Positions 41,557-56,078 of a stretch of 64,000 nt of DNA are shown here, piece after piece (positions within the stretch are counted from its first letter, which is position 1; every line of letters begins with the position of its first letter). Below the pieces are notes generated by a model that saw only the letters and a program-made list of their open reading frames with translations, was not told the DNA's origin and searched no databases. The position numbers and the translations under genes were made by a program. The DNA comes from Octopus vulgaris (taxonomy: Eukaryota). Location of the stretch: NCBI GenBank assembly GCA_951406725.2, contig OX597828.1:16678001-16742000 (forward strand), given 5' to 3'.

Positions 41557-41680
41557 TACGAGCGGAGGCAATATGTGTGTGAATATGAGACGGGAATATG
41601 TTGAGTAAAATCATAATTAACTGATCCTCCTGTATTTATCTTTTTACACAAAGCCTGGAACCTTTCAGCGCACGCTCGTA
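41557..41680 (+). mobile_element. Short mariner-derived MITE, same family as 1230-1457
   Basis: TACGAGCG...CGCTCGTA termini; GGGAATATGTTGAGTAAAATCATAATTAACTGATC is shared with the 1230-1457 copy; reads CVNMRREYVE* like a mariner C-terminus. Confidence 0.6.
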
Positions 41681-42034
41681 TGTATCACAAAACATCAAAG
41701 TTTGTATCACGTACAATATTTAAACAATGCTCGCCATGTCTAAACGAACGGCAATCTTTATGTTATGTACAAAATGCTCATAACATATACATTATTTGTG
41801 TGTGTTTATATACGTATATATATGTGCGAGTGTGTATATATATACACATGCATATGTACATGTACACACACACGTACCCACGCATTCACACATACACGCA
41901 CACACATACACACACACACACACATGAGCACAGACATTCAGACATTATTTGTGTAAAACAAATGAAATTTCTGATCACAATGGCGTCGATTTTATTCCGC
42001 CGTTTATATTTTTCACACACATACACACACATAC

Positions 42035-42067
<33 letters not shown>

Positions 42068-42095
42068 GTTGTTGTTATCATCATCATCACCACCC

Positions 42096-42243
<148 letters not shown>

Positions 42244-43482
42244 TATTATTGTTATTATTATTATTATTATTGCTGTTGTTCTTCTTGTTATGCCTCGCAT
42301 TAGAACAATATGTTCCTGTATTTTTTTCAAAGGCAAATTATCTTGCCTTTGAGTACATATAGTTATAACTTATTGAAACTAATTAGGTATTGCCTTATTA
42401 AGAAACAAAATATCAAAAAAAATATAATAGAATAAAATATAAAATATTACAGCATTAAATATACAACGTGTTGAGTACTTTTTATTCGATTCAAGATCGA
42501 TTTATAAACACACACAACACATACACACACAAACGCACAAACGCACACACATACATGTACGCACATATATATGTGTATGTATAAATATATATATATGGCA
42601 TGTATGTACATATTCATACACACAGATATATTAATATACATAGCATATAACTCTATCATTATGTATGTAATAAACAATGTTTCTTTTATCATGCATTGTT
42701 TTATATCGGACGCAATGTATATATATGTATATACATGCAAATGCCCATACATATATACACTCTGTCTCTCTCTGTCTCTCACACACAGGCACACACACAT
42801 GACTATACATATATGTACACATATCACATCAGACATCAACATTTCCAAACGGCCACAATACTTTTAGAAGACATCGTACTTCTCTCGAATACAATACTGA
42901 AAGCTGTAACTCTATGTACTGTATATCAAACACAGAGACAAGTGCATAAATACATTTATACAAAACTTAAACATCTATCTTATACAATCCATGTGTATCA
43001 CATACAATTCCAACTGTTATTAGAAGAGTGAAAGAAAGAGTGAGAGAAAGAGAACCCGCTATTTAATCTTGTTAACATTATAACTAAAATTTATTAGTTC
43101 GCCAAGACTGCGGTTATTTTTGTTAACATTATAACTAAATGATTATTCCTGTTTACATTATAAATACAATTTATTACTTTCTAATATTTTCTGTGTAGAA
43201 AATGCAATAAGTTTATTGATATTCTTACTTTTAATTCCAAATATTTCAATATTTTAGCTTCTGTTCAAGTAATTTGAAAATTATTTGCTATCGTATAAAT
43301 CACATGCTTCAAAGATTTTACAATTTCGATAAATCATGTAACAGTATTATTATTAGAATATTGGGAGAGAGTCGGTGTATCTATGTGTGTATTTAGGTAG
43401 GGATGTGTATGTATGTATGTATGTATGTATGTATGTATGTATGTATGTAGGCATGTACGTACATATGTATATAGATATGTGC

Positions 43483-43538
<56 letters not shown>

Positions 43539-44605
43539 ATTTGTATATATATCTATATATACATATAAATCTATAAATGTACATGTATATGTATGTGCAT
43601 ATATAAATATATATATATATATATTTGTATATATTTGTATATGTGTAAATCTATATCTATATTTATATATATATATATGGTAAACAATATATGTATATAT
43701 ATATCGATATGTATACATATTTGCATATATGTATATGTGTTTTTATATGCATATACTAGTACGTGTATGCGTGCGTGCGAGCTTGTGTGTGTGTGTGTGT
43801 GCGTGTGCGTGCGCGTGCGGCTGTGTATTGCTTTGTGTGTGTGTGTGTGAAACATCAAAATTACTACTGAAAAAAATTAAAAAGAAAAAAATCAACGCAA
43901 AACAATATAATTTTTTTTCCTTTTTGTGTTCTTACTTCATTCACGAAGGCGACATTTTTATGATGTAGATAAAAAAAACATAATAAGTAAAAAGTTATGG
44001 CTTGAGATAATTCTTGATGAATATATAAGTTTAGTATTGGAGAAAAACACTAAAGCAAAACCGCATATCCATATTTCTTTTTAGCTGTGTGTACTGCTAG
44101 TAGTACTTCGCTTTCTTTGGGTTTATTAACCACGTCTTACGTGTATCCATTTTCTACTCGCATTTTTCTATCGTTAAAAGATGTAGATATTTCTGGTCGT
44201 CTTCTCGTCTTTTTCTGTACATCGCATCGTTCTTATCCGCTCTTCTCTTGCTGTATACAGCAAATTCGACTAAACGAAACGCGTTATATATGTAAGTAGT
44301 CCGCCGAATAACAATTTATCTATAGAAAAAATCATTGATATTCTTTATCTTTCGATTGTTTACATAACTGACTGCGGTCATGGTGGAGCATGAAGGGTTT
44401 TAGTCGAACAAATCAACACCAATAATTATTTCTTTTTAAATCTGGTATTTTTTCAAGGGTATCTTTTGAAGTCACACCAAATTACGGAAACGCAAACAAA
44501 CCAACAGCAGCTGTCAAGCAGTGGCGGGGAAGGGGTGACAATCATAGCCACATAATCACGCGCTAGTCACACACACACATACACACACACACACATACAC
44601 ACACA

Positions 44606-44649
<44 letters not shown>

Positions 44650-45191
44650 TATTCATGACAGGCTTCCGCAACGCTTCCGTCGACAAATTCACTAGCAAGA
44701 CATTGGTCACCCCAGCACTGTAGTAAATGATGTTCGTCCCATGTGTCGCGCAGTATGATTGAACCCCAAGCCACGTACTTGAAAAGCGATCTTATTAACT
44801 ACACAGCCATGACCATGTTTGTCACTGAAGACCGAATTTTTGAATTCGCGTCTGTTAATTTCCAGGCAGCCACATATTCTAATTCAAAACCGGATGTCAT
44901 TTGCTTGGTTATTTTATTCACTACTTAAAGGATGCAGTTAGCCTCGAACACTTATTAGCAAAAATATGTCACGTGTGGCTCTGTGGTTAACGACCTCCAT
45001 TTTGAAACGACATAGCTTCTGGTTTAGCTCCAATGTGCGGTGCCTAATATATCTCCGGTTCGACTAATGCTTCGTGAGTGATTTAGTTGACGGAAAACTT
45101 GTAGACACCCTGCTGTAAATAACTGTTAAATAAAATTTACGGATGTGAAAAATGTACATTTTCCTTACCATTATTAATGTGATATGTATAC

Positions 45192-45297
<106 letters not shown>

Positions 45298-46039
45298 TTA
45301 TATATGTATATATATACATACATACATAAATATACACACACACACACACACACACACATATGTATATATATATATATATATATATAGCAGAGAAAAAGAA
45401 AAAAAGATAAAGAAAGAAACAAACAAACTTGAGAACCTATCACAGTTTTTAATATGGCGCTCAGAGAATGAAGGGAGTTTAGCTTTCGTACATTGCTCGT
45501 CGTCAGAAAGAGGAAAGAACAGGAAATTCTAAAGGGAGAGAATGAAGAAGGAGAATAATCGCCAACAGTCCACGTGCGGCTACACTACATACGTGTGTGT
45601 ATGTGTATGTATGTATGCAAATATGTATGTGTGTATGTGTGTGTGCGTGTTTGTTTTCGAGTTTGTTTAAGTCCTCGTGCCAAATCAGATCGATTGAATA
45701 AGTGCCACATATAAAACGAAATATTATCGAGGCCGATTTGTTCGACTGCGCCCTCTCAAGGCGATGTTCCAGCATGGCCACTGTCTAATGACTCACACTT
45801 TTCGATAGTGCCCCAGCATGACCACAGCTTTAAAGTTGAATCTATTTAATCAATTTAAAGAATATGCGTAAGATTTACAAATGAGAAATAGTTAACCGAC
45901 CTCACAGATGAAATTAGAAAATTTCAAAGAAGACTCTAGTGCTTTGCGCCTTAACCAAATACCTCACAATCAGATCATGACTGCCAAAACCGTTGATAAG
46001 AAATCAAAATTTCATGTACTCGCACCGTAATTCTAAACG

Positions 46040-47452
46040 AAATCCTTACAACATAGTGGATTTCGCTAAAACAAATTGGTACAACATAGTGGATTTCGCT
46101 AAAACTAATCCTTACAACATAGTGGATTTCGCTAAAGCAAATCCTTGCAACATAATGGATTTCGCTAATGCAAATCCGTACAAAATAGTGGATTTCGCTA
46201 AAACAAATTGGTACAACATAGTGGATTTCGCTAAAGCAAGTCCTTGCAACATAATGGATTTCGCTAATGCAAATCCGTACAAAATAGTGGATTTCGCTAA
46301 AACAAATTGGTACAACATAGTGGATTTCGCTAAAGCAAGTCCTTGCAACATAATGGATTTCGCTAATGCAAATCCGTACAAAATAGTGGATTTCGCTAAA
46401 ACAAATTGGTACAACATAGTGGATTTCGCTAAAGCAAGTCCTTGCAACATAATGGATTTCGCTAATGCAAATCCGTACAAAATAGTGGATTTCGCTAAAA
46501 CAAATTGGTACAACATAGTGGATTTCGCTAAAGCAAATCCTTGCAACATAATGGATTTCGCTAATGCAAATCCGTACAAAATAGTGGATTTCGCTAAAAC
46601 AAATTGGTACAACATAGTGGATTTCGCTAAAGCAAGTCCTTGCAACATAATGGATTTCGCTAATGCAAATCCGTACAAAATAGTGGATTTCGCTAAAACA
46701 AATTGGTACAACATAGTGGATTTCGCTAAAGCAAATCCTTGCAACATAATGGATTTCGCTAATGCAAATCCGTACAAAATAGTGGATTTCGCTAAAACAA
46801 ATTGGTACAACATAGTGGATTTCGCTAAAGCAAATCCTTGCAACATAATGGATTTCGCTAAAGCAAATCCGTACAACACAGCGGATTTCGCTAAAACAAA
46901 TCCTTACAACATAGTGGATTTCGCTAAAGCAAATCCTTGCAACATAGTGGATTTCGCTAAAGCAAATCCTTGCAACATAATGGATTTCGCTAAAGCAAAT
47001 CCGTACAACACAGTGGATTCCGCTAAAACAAATCCTTACAACATAGTGGATTTCGCTAAAGCAAATCCTTGCAACATAATGGATTTCGCTAAAGCAAATC
47101 CGTACAACACAGTGGATTTCGCTAAAACAAATCCTTACAACATAGTGGATTTCGCTAAAGCAAATCCTTGCAACATAATGGATTTCGCTAAAGCAAATCC
47201 GTACAACACAGTGGATTTCGCTAAAACAATCCGTACAACATAGTGGATTTCGCTAAAGCAAATCCTTGCAACATAATGGATTTCGCTAAAGCAATTCCGT
47301 ACAACACAGTGGATTTCGCTAAAACAAATCCTTACAACATAGTGGATTTCGCTAAATTAAATCCTTGCAACATAATGGATTTCGCTAAAGCAAATCCGTA
47401 CAACACAGTGGATTTCGCTAAAGCAATTCCGTACAACACAGTGGATTTTGCT
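46040..47452. repeat. 33-bp minisatellite, 43 units, with two 99-bp higher-order repeats
   Basis: Unit AACATAGTGGATTTCGCTAAAGCAAATCCTTAC-like. Seven copies of one trimer (46137-46829) are followed by about six copies of a second trimer. One 1-bp deletion lies near 47229. Confidence 0.95.
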
Positions 47453-50400
47453 TTAAATAAGGTGTGACTTTAAATCTTCATTCCAAGTTAATAGTTAGTT
47501 GGACAACATCAACATATGAAGAGATATAATTTAGTTTATTTTGGAATCATATTACATAATTTCTGAAGGCGCATGGCTCAATGGTTAGAGCGTCAGGCTT
47601 ACAACCATGAGGTTATGAGTTCGATTCCCGGACCGAGCTGTGTCTTCACTCAGTTGTAGAAATGAGTTGCGACATCAGGAGTGCGAAGCTTTGTCAGCCT
47701 TTGCCTTTCCCTTGGTTAACATCGATTGCGTGAGGAAGAGAGGCTAGTATGCATGGGCAATTGTTGGTTTTCAATAAAAAAGAAAACCATGCCTGGACTT
47801 GTGCTTTGGAGAGGAACTTCCTAGGTGAAATACCATGGTCATTCTTGATCATAACATAATTTAAGAGAAACAAAGCCCTGATTATGCGTTTGGGATGGCA
47901 CGTAACATATTTCTCTCAGGAATTCTATTTGTATTCAAGGATATGCATTGTTTTCAGAAAACTCTGACTTCCCAGGGACAATTCCTTCCTGGAACAAATA
48001 CAGAGTATATTAACATGGTCGGACATAACCAGCTATCAGCACTTTTCATTATCAAAAGGGCTCGGGAAAATATGAACTCTGGTTTACTCTTTAAAATTTT
48101 ACAAAAATGTTATAAATGTTAATGTTATAAAAAACAAAACAAAACAAAGCAAAACCAAACCAAACAACAAAAACAACTGCAATTGGATAAATTCTTAATC
48201 AAAATATATTTATCGGATTTATGATGGCACTTACAACTCAATAGATTCTGTTAAATAAACAACTGTGCTGAAACAAAATATTTATGTAAGGGAAAGGTGG
48301 GGCATAATGTACATAATGTATATGTTTTAGATAATAAATACATAAATTTAAACTTTTAAGGAAAGAAACAAATTTTAGATAATTTCATGTCGTAGAAATA
48401 AATGCAATGCAATATAAAATAATAGCAGAAAGGGAGAAAATGTGAAATATTTTAAAAGGAATAGAATGAAATATTCCTATCTCATGTAAGCTTTTTAATT
48501 TAGGAACTATTATTGCCTATATATAACAGGGATCTTTTAAGGTAAGCTGATGTACGAAATGATTGCTGCTCTCAATCGACGCGCATGTCCGCCATCAGGA
48601 TATTAAAATTGCAAGGGAAATTTATTTTCGTAAATTAAAGACATTTAGTTTCTCTCCTGTAAATTACTTTTCGATCTCCCACATTTTGTTGAATAAAATG
48701 AATTTCCATGTGAATATATTACTTTTGCTTCAGGCACAAGGAAAATCAAAATGGCAGGTTATGGAAATATTTTGCTTGATAGCATTGCAGAGAAAATGCC
48801 AGCAAACGGCATTTTGTCATTATCTGCAGGCTATCAACTTTGAAACAATCTAACAATTTTGGTTAGTTTTGTCGTTTTTAATGAAATGAGGATTGTGCAG
48901 ATTCGGTTAAGAAAGAACAAAAAGAACAACAACAAAAGAAAAACAACAATCAAAATACGACCGAAAGACAAGAAATATATGAAAGTAAAAACGAACGAAG
49001 AAAAATCGGTTTTGTATCCAGATGATTACAACGAAAATGTTTAAAAAACTTACATGTTTCTGATGGTAAGTATTAAATGAAAGAATCTAAGTCAACGTTA
49101 TTAAAGAATTTTAGGGATTTTCATTCGTTTACCATTTTTTAAACATCTTTGCTCCTTTACCTCTGTTTTGTTTTGTAAGATATGTATATATATGACACGC
49201 GCACACACACACACACATACACAAACACAAAGAAACAAACAAACAAAGACACACACGTATATACATATACATAAGCCACTGAACTTGGGAATCCTACTTA
49301 AGCACCGTTAAAACTGGTATCCAGTCAGCCGCAATTTGACAGAGAATGCATTTGGACGCAATGTAATCTGAATAAGGATTTTCGATTTGGGAACAATAGA
49401 CTTTTACATTTATTTTTTAAAAATCCCTTGGGTAAAGCAGTTCTTTGCAGCTATATTTTCGTAATAAGAATATGGAGAAGAAGGAATGAATGATAATAAA
49501 AAATACAGATAAATGGAAGCTTAAAAAAAATGAATACAAAAATTCCAAAAAATGGAAGAAAAAAACTGAGCAAACCCGAGAGAAGAATACAAAAAAAAAG
49601 AAAAGTAAAAGGAAAAAAAAATGCAATGAAAATTGCTGTGGTGCTACTACATGTCATTTAGACGAAACAAAAGTATGAAAAAAATGGGAATCGGAAAAAT
49701 GGTTCAGTAAACTGCAACAAGATGAAGGCAATTCTAAAATTATGGAAATTATTTCTGATTTCGATGAGAAGAGAAAATGAAGAAAAACAAAGATAAATGG
49801 AGGAAGTGATTGAAATCTTTTATTTATGAAGATAAAAATCAGGTGTAATAAAATCAAAATCAGACGTTTATTTAAGCAAACATTCTAAAAAACGCAAACT
49901 TCCATCTTCAAGCGAATTTCACAATAATTTTCTACAAAGGCTCATATGCAATTCAAAGATAGTATTTGTAAATGCATTTTGCCAATATGGATCTTTAATT
50001 TGCATTTTGAAGCAAAGATGATATTCTCCGGTAATCTCAAAAGCGATGTAAGTAGATGAAAAAAAAAAAAAAAAAGAAAGGAAAAAGGAAAAAAGGATAA
50101 TTAATATAGAATTTGTTAGTAATTTTGGATTTTAAAAGTGGTGACGCTCCCGCAAAATGATCTGAACAAACACGATTCAAGATTCTGTTTTAGCTTAGAA
50201 GGTAACAATGAAAAAATGTGATACAATATGAAATTGGAGCCCTAAAATCCCTTAGAGAGTATTCACCAGATACCAAAACAAAAAACAAAAACAAAACAAA
50301 AACCCCCAAAAAAACAAACAAAAAAAGAATCCGCAAAGCATAAAGTCAGATATGTATTGCGCAATTTACATAGATTTCCTTTAATATCAGATAGAAAGAG

Positions 50401-51516
50401 TTTTTAATTTTCATGCACTCCTAAAGAGTATAATCTTATTTTTTTCATGGTTTCGTTCATTAGAATAATATGATCATGATGGTGTACTGTATTCTTGGGT
50501 ACAGATTACACTGACTCCTGTTCTTATATTTTTTACGGATTAATATTCATTGTATAAAATTTGAAAAATTAACCTAAAACGGCGTCATGAAGTACGAGAA
50601 GGTATTATTCCAATGCTCTACAGATTCTGCTCTCTAATTGAGAAAGAACAAAGAAATGAAAATTATCTAAGACATTTCATCAGTCTGATCACCATATTCA
50701 GATATATTTACCTGATCACTAGAATATTTCTAGCGATACAACTCAATTCGACGAATTAGCCGAGTAGCTGGTTTGAACGCTTCACAATATTTGTACCTAC
50801 TGACCACAGTCTAAGTTCAAATCGCGGCAAGGTCAACTTTGCCTTTTATCTTTATGGGGTTGTTGAAAAAGAATCAGTCCAGACTGGTGGATTGGTAGAA
50901 TTGTTGAAGATTCGCATTGGACGTTTTGCGGTATTTGTCCTGGAACATTCCGCACTGCGTTCAAATTCTCCACGAGATCAACTTTTCCATTCATACTCTT
51001 GCTGCCTAAAAATAAAGTGCCAATCTAAAACAGGGACTTGGCAGATTTCTTAGAGCACCATGCAGACCGGCTTTGTGAGTTCGTGTCCCGCTTTTGTCAC
51101 CGAAGCAACTGTAACGCTCCTGTCAGAAGTTGTGATCAACACAAGAGCATAGGCAATATCTGCTTGATTGCCTCCAAAATTCATCATTTCTTTCCATCGA
51201 TTTGCCGTGTTCTTTCTAATCGCTGATGTACCAATCTTGAGCTTAGGACATTTCTAGGCTCGCTCGACTTGCTAGAAAAAGCAGCAAAATCTTCCATGGT
51301 ACCACATCCTACTATCGATACATGGTCAACGTAGCCCAAGATTATACGAGGACTTAGAAGTCATGGTTAGAGCACCTTTCATCTGATCGACATACTACTT
51401 ACACTTAACAGATTCACCAGTAACACCACAAGTACCACCACTACCACCACCACAACCACCACCACTACAACTAATACTACTACTACTACTGCTGCTAAAA
51501 AGAAAAAAAGACTTAC

Positions 51517-51625
51517 CAGATGATATTTTCCAATCATAATGCTCAGAAGCATAACGTCTATTTACACATCAGAATCTTCTCTCCAATCCACAAGCACGTT
51601 TCCGTAGCTTCATTATTAAATACAT
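51517..51625 (-). other. Candidate 109-bp non-coding or UTR exon
   Basis: Acceptor TCTTTTTTTTCTTTCCCAG| and donor CTG|GTAAGT bracket unique sequence; stops occur in all three frames. Confidence 0.45.
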
Positions 51626-51971
51626 CTGGGAAAGAAAAAAAAGATGATATATTTTCAGTCCTTTATCTTCAAAGTTGTATTGCCTCCAGAAGCTTTCTCT
51701 TCACATCTATTCGTGTTATTTTATTTATATTTATATATGTATATTTTAATAACTAAATCTAGATCTCCGAAAAATATGAACCGTATCGTTCTCACACAAT
51801 TACTTTACACACACATATATGTATATCATTTCGAATCTTTTCTCTTTCCTCCCAGGAGAGTTACATTAATAACAGATTAAATATGTCTTTGATAAAAAAA
51901 AATACGAAAGATAAGATATTTAAAAAAAATAACAAATATTAACTCTAGAATATATATGTGTATATATATTA

Positions 51972-52031
<60 letters not shown>

Positions 52032-52912
52032 ATACATATACATATGTATGTAAGTATGTGTGTATGTGTATGCGTATACAAGAATGACTTAGAGAGAAAG
52101 ATAAAACTGAAATTCTAGATAGTTGATGTTTGATATTAACACCCTGTCAACTGACTACAGCTACGAAGAAACGATGGAATTCTAACTATGGTTGCTCAGT
52201 CTGCAACAAATAGCAGCTAAGGATATCTACATTAGACTTCACAGTTTTCAAAAAATGAAGGATAGTTTGGTTTATGTAGTATCAGAAAAGATGGTGATCG
52301 GTGGAATGTATTTATTGATAGATTTATTTCAGCAGAATCGACCTGTGTTAAACAGTAGCAAGAATTAGACCTATGACGAACAAGTTGATGAGGGAATCTC
52401 TATTATTTTCTCATTCATCCTACTAAAAATAGCAACCAAATCTCCCTCTATCTCTAGCCTAGAATTTCTTGAATAGGCAGGAAGGGCACATTGGATAACA
52501 TGACCCTAATATATATGGTTTCTAAATAAAAAAAACAAACAAAACATAATAACAGGCAAAATAAAACAGGATGGCCATGGCTGGAATGCATTTTAATCAT
52601 AATATGATAAGAAATGACTTCAATCTACCCGACAAGAATCGAAGGATCGAAGGATGCAAAGCTCAGCAATTATAGAGGGAAAACAAAACAGAACGGATAT
52701 TATTAATCAAAGAAGTGTTTTATTTTATTAAATCTAAATGCATGAGTTGCAATAATGATTAAACAAAATAAAAAGAACAAGGGAGGCTGTGTTATAAGAA
52801 GATTGCTTCTCAATCACATGGTTTCGGGTTCAGTTCCACTGCGCGGTAACTTGCATGCCTTCTACTATAGCCTTGTGAGAGGATTTGGTAAACTGAAACT
52901 GAAAAAGCTCGT

Positions 52913-52951
<39 letters not shown>

Positions 52952-53049
52952 CTTTGCATCTGAAGCAGCTGTTTCAAGCAAAAACAAATATTGAAAAAGA
53001 CCGCCTCCTTTTTTCTCTCCTTGTTTCTCTCCTCGTTTTTTCTGTGTCC

Positions 53050-53085
53050 CTTTCTGTAGAAGAGCGTAGGCTCGAAACGTAAAAG
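53050..53085 (+). ncRNA. Hammerhead-like motif (A6U variant)
   Basis: CUUU-CUGUAGA-A-GAGC(guag)GCUC-GAAA-CG-UA-AAAG. Confidence 0.5.
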
Positions 53086-53173
53086 ACTTTTTTCTATTTC
53101 TGAGCGTTATACTAATACATCTGTTTGTTTTGTACACCACCTGTCTTCGTCTTTTGTTTTTTCCTTAACTCTC

Positions 53174-53244
<71 letters not shown>

Positions 53245-53289
53245 TATACGTATATAAGAAAATAAACTTGCAAGGTATCGCACGAGTGA

Positions 53290-53587
53290 AAATATATAGG
53301 AAAGAACAATTGAAAATGCAGAGGTATTTTAAAGATATTCATTGATTTGACCAGTTTCACTATTTAAGAAAAAAAATATTTTCAAGAGGTTTGTTGTGTT
53401 AAAAAATGGTTATCATAATTGTATTAAAATACAGTTATACAGTCTTTGATAATGTTAAGAAAATGTTAAGAAATAGGATCTATCGTTATCAAAGACTGTA
53501 TTACTTTTGATAATCTTCTTTTAAAAAAGTGAAACCGGTCAAGTCAATAAACAACTTTAAGACCTCTACATTTTCAAATCCTCTTTC

Positions 53588-53592
<5 letters not shown>
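53290..53592. mobile_element. Fold-back element with inverted U3-A8 hammerhead-like motifs
   Basis: Arms at about 53310-53360 and 53527-53580 are inverted, with an inner IR TACAGTCTTTGATAA/TTATCAAAGACTGTA. On + at 53499-53549: UAUUACUU-UUGAUAA-...-GAAA-CCGG-UC-AAGUCAAUA. On -: UUGAAAA...GAAACUGGUC. Confidence 0.55.
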
Positions 53593-53648
<56 letters not shown>

Positions 53649-53908
53649 TGTCTGTGTGTGTGTGTATGCATGAATATGTATATATATTTATATATATCTG
53701 CGTATATGTTTGTCTCCCTCCCACTTGACAACTGGTGTTGATGCGTTTACGTCTTCATAACTTAGCAGTTTGACAAAAGAAAACGATAAAATAATTACCA
53801 GACTTAAAAATATCTAACACCGTGGTCGATTCATTCAAGTAAATGTTCTTCAAGGTGGTGCCTCAGCATGGCCGCAGTCTAATGACTGAAACAAGTAGAA
53901 GATGAAAG

Positions 53909-54003
<95 letters not shown>

Positions 54004-55801
54004 TCCATCCATCCATACATTTATACATATATACATAAGTCCGTACATATATGAAACATATTTAAATGCATGCAATCTCATCTAAATTTTTGCCAAATGA
54101 GAAACATAAGAAGGCTGATGTAGTTGTTTGTGAGAGAAACGAAAAGTTATGCAGGTTTTGATGACAGCTGTTGAGCAGATGTGAATAATTTTATGGCGTT
54201 CATTGTGAATGAGAATATTTATATAAAACATCTTCGAAACCTACATTTCCTCTACTTTGATGATTTTAGATTTTTATCTTCAATTATCGATGGATTTGGT
54301 TCTGCTACTAAAAGTCTATGTGGATATCTCGAAAAGCTGAAGTTTCAGACATCGAACGTGACCAGATAAAAAGCACTTTCGGTATATATATAAGCGCAAT
54401 ATACTATATTTAGAAGCTGATTATAGAGATATACTTGAGGAATCTTGGAGATTTAGAACCTGATGAAGCAAAATCTTGGTGTGCATTGTCGAGAAAATGG
54501 TCAAAGATTGTTGTTGTGGATATTTAGCCCCAGGCAAGCACTGATCGAGAATCTCTATAATCAAAGAATTTCTAGTTGAGGCCATTCCAGGTGGTCAAGC
54601 ATTTTGCATCTATGTAACATTTTTGAAGCGGTAGGCTTTGATTAGAGGACGAGGAAGTTGCTGTTCCAAGCCTGCTGACCTACTATCTGGAGCGGCGTAC
54701 ATTGATGCCATGTCACCCCAATTCCTCACAATAACAAGAAGAAAAGGAAAACATAACCAAAAACGAAAGAGTGACCGGATTGTTCTCAAAAGTATTTTGG
54801 AACAAATGAAAGGCCTTATCACCAAGTTTAGTGTGCCATCTCTGAGTACCCTCTCCACTAAAATTTGATTCAAATTTTGACTCAAGACCATCAAATGTAG
54901 GAGAGGGAGTACGTCCATTGCATCGACCTCAGTACGCAACTGAAACTGATTTTATCAATGCCGAAAGGATGAAAGGCAAAGTCAACCCCGGTGGTATTTG
55001 AACACAGGACGTAAAGTCGGAAGAAATACAGATAAGTAATTTTCCCGGGTTCAGTAATAATTCTGCCTGCTCACCGCCTTCGTTGGTTTGAATATTAGAA
55101 ATCAGTGTCATATTTTCGTTGTTCTTATTGATGTTGTTTGTGTTTAGTCCTTGCTGAACTCTAATCTATGCAGACATGTTATGAAAATATCTAACGATTA
55201 AATCACATCAATATGAATTGATAGTGGTTATGTTTGTGAATGGCTGTTCATAAGAGAAGGTGAATTCCCAGAGTCAATAGAGCGTCGAATAAATTATTTC
55301 CTTGTATCCGTCTCAGTAAGTTCGAATTTCGCCAAAGACAACTTGGCATTTGAACTCAAGACGGCATTTGAACTCCGGACGTAAAGTAGAAAGAAATGCC
55401 GCTAAGCATTTCTACCGGTGCCATAACTACTCCGTCATCTTGCCGCCCTTTACTAATATTCACATCCTAGTTTACAGTTTCACCATCTGCACAATAAATG
55501 CCCCTCCCCTCAGTATATCCAAGATTTAGTCCTCTTCACAACAAAACTCTCAACCCCGCTGGATAGGGGCTACCTGAAAGAAGTATAAAGCTCATAGTCT
55601 TCCAGCTTGAGGGCGGGTGATTGCGTTCTAGAAATTCTAGTCACACTGATGGCGTAATTTTGCTAATGGATTAATTGTTAAAAAGAATATGAATATTTAA
55701 TTCAGGCCATTCATTACGGGAGAAGAGTATAGTCAACTTTGTCAATCCCAGCACTAAAGAGGTATTTAATCATCTAAATAAACAAAAGCGAAGGAAATTT
55801 C

Positions 55802-56078
55802 GAGTGGTTGTATACTGCCAACTTAACGTAACAGTCCCGTAAGGGAATTACACCACCGCTGTTTAGCCCTAGGAAGCATCGACGCTTCCTGTCGGCCTTG
55901 ACACATCTCCTGTGTCCTTATATATTTACGAAGGGGAGACAAACACCTCCAACAGCTAGGCCTGCATCTAAAGACATGCATGTTTCTGGGTCTTGCCCAT
56001 CATCGGACTAGAGTAGCAAAGGCCTGCTAGCTGAAGATATTTGTCTAGACTTCGTAAGTTGACATTATACAACCACTC
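55802..56078. mobile_element. Fold-back element related to 25101-25416, with a hammerhead-like motif (~55968-56011, -)
   Basis: TIRs GAGTGGTTGTATACTGCCAACTTAACG / CGTAAGTTGACATTATACAACCACTC. Shares TTTAGCCCTAGGAAG and CTGTGTCCTTATAT with 25101-25416. Motif CCGAUGA-UGGG(caaga)CCCA-GAAA-CAUGCAUG-UC. Confidence 0.6.

Larger units (their letters stand above)
52780..53910 (+). mobile_element. SINE family B split by nested insertions in its internal microsatellite
   Basis: Head at 52780-52915 and tail at 53700-53910; the middle holds HHR-bearing inserts. Confidence 0.7.

Noticed and set aside
44250-44290. GAAACGCGTT as a hammerhead half
   Set aside because: No upstream CUGANGA-like core or stem II could be found.
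45993-47243. 416-aa ORF as a gene
   Set aside because: It has a TTG start, is open only because the 33-bp unit lacks stops in that frame, and has no recognisable domain. Kept only as a hypothesis in the findings.
46040-47452. CRISPR array (palindromic repeat plus spacers)
   Set aside because: The linkers are only 12 nt, closely related and periodically repeated. There are no cas genes and the context is eukaryotic.
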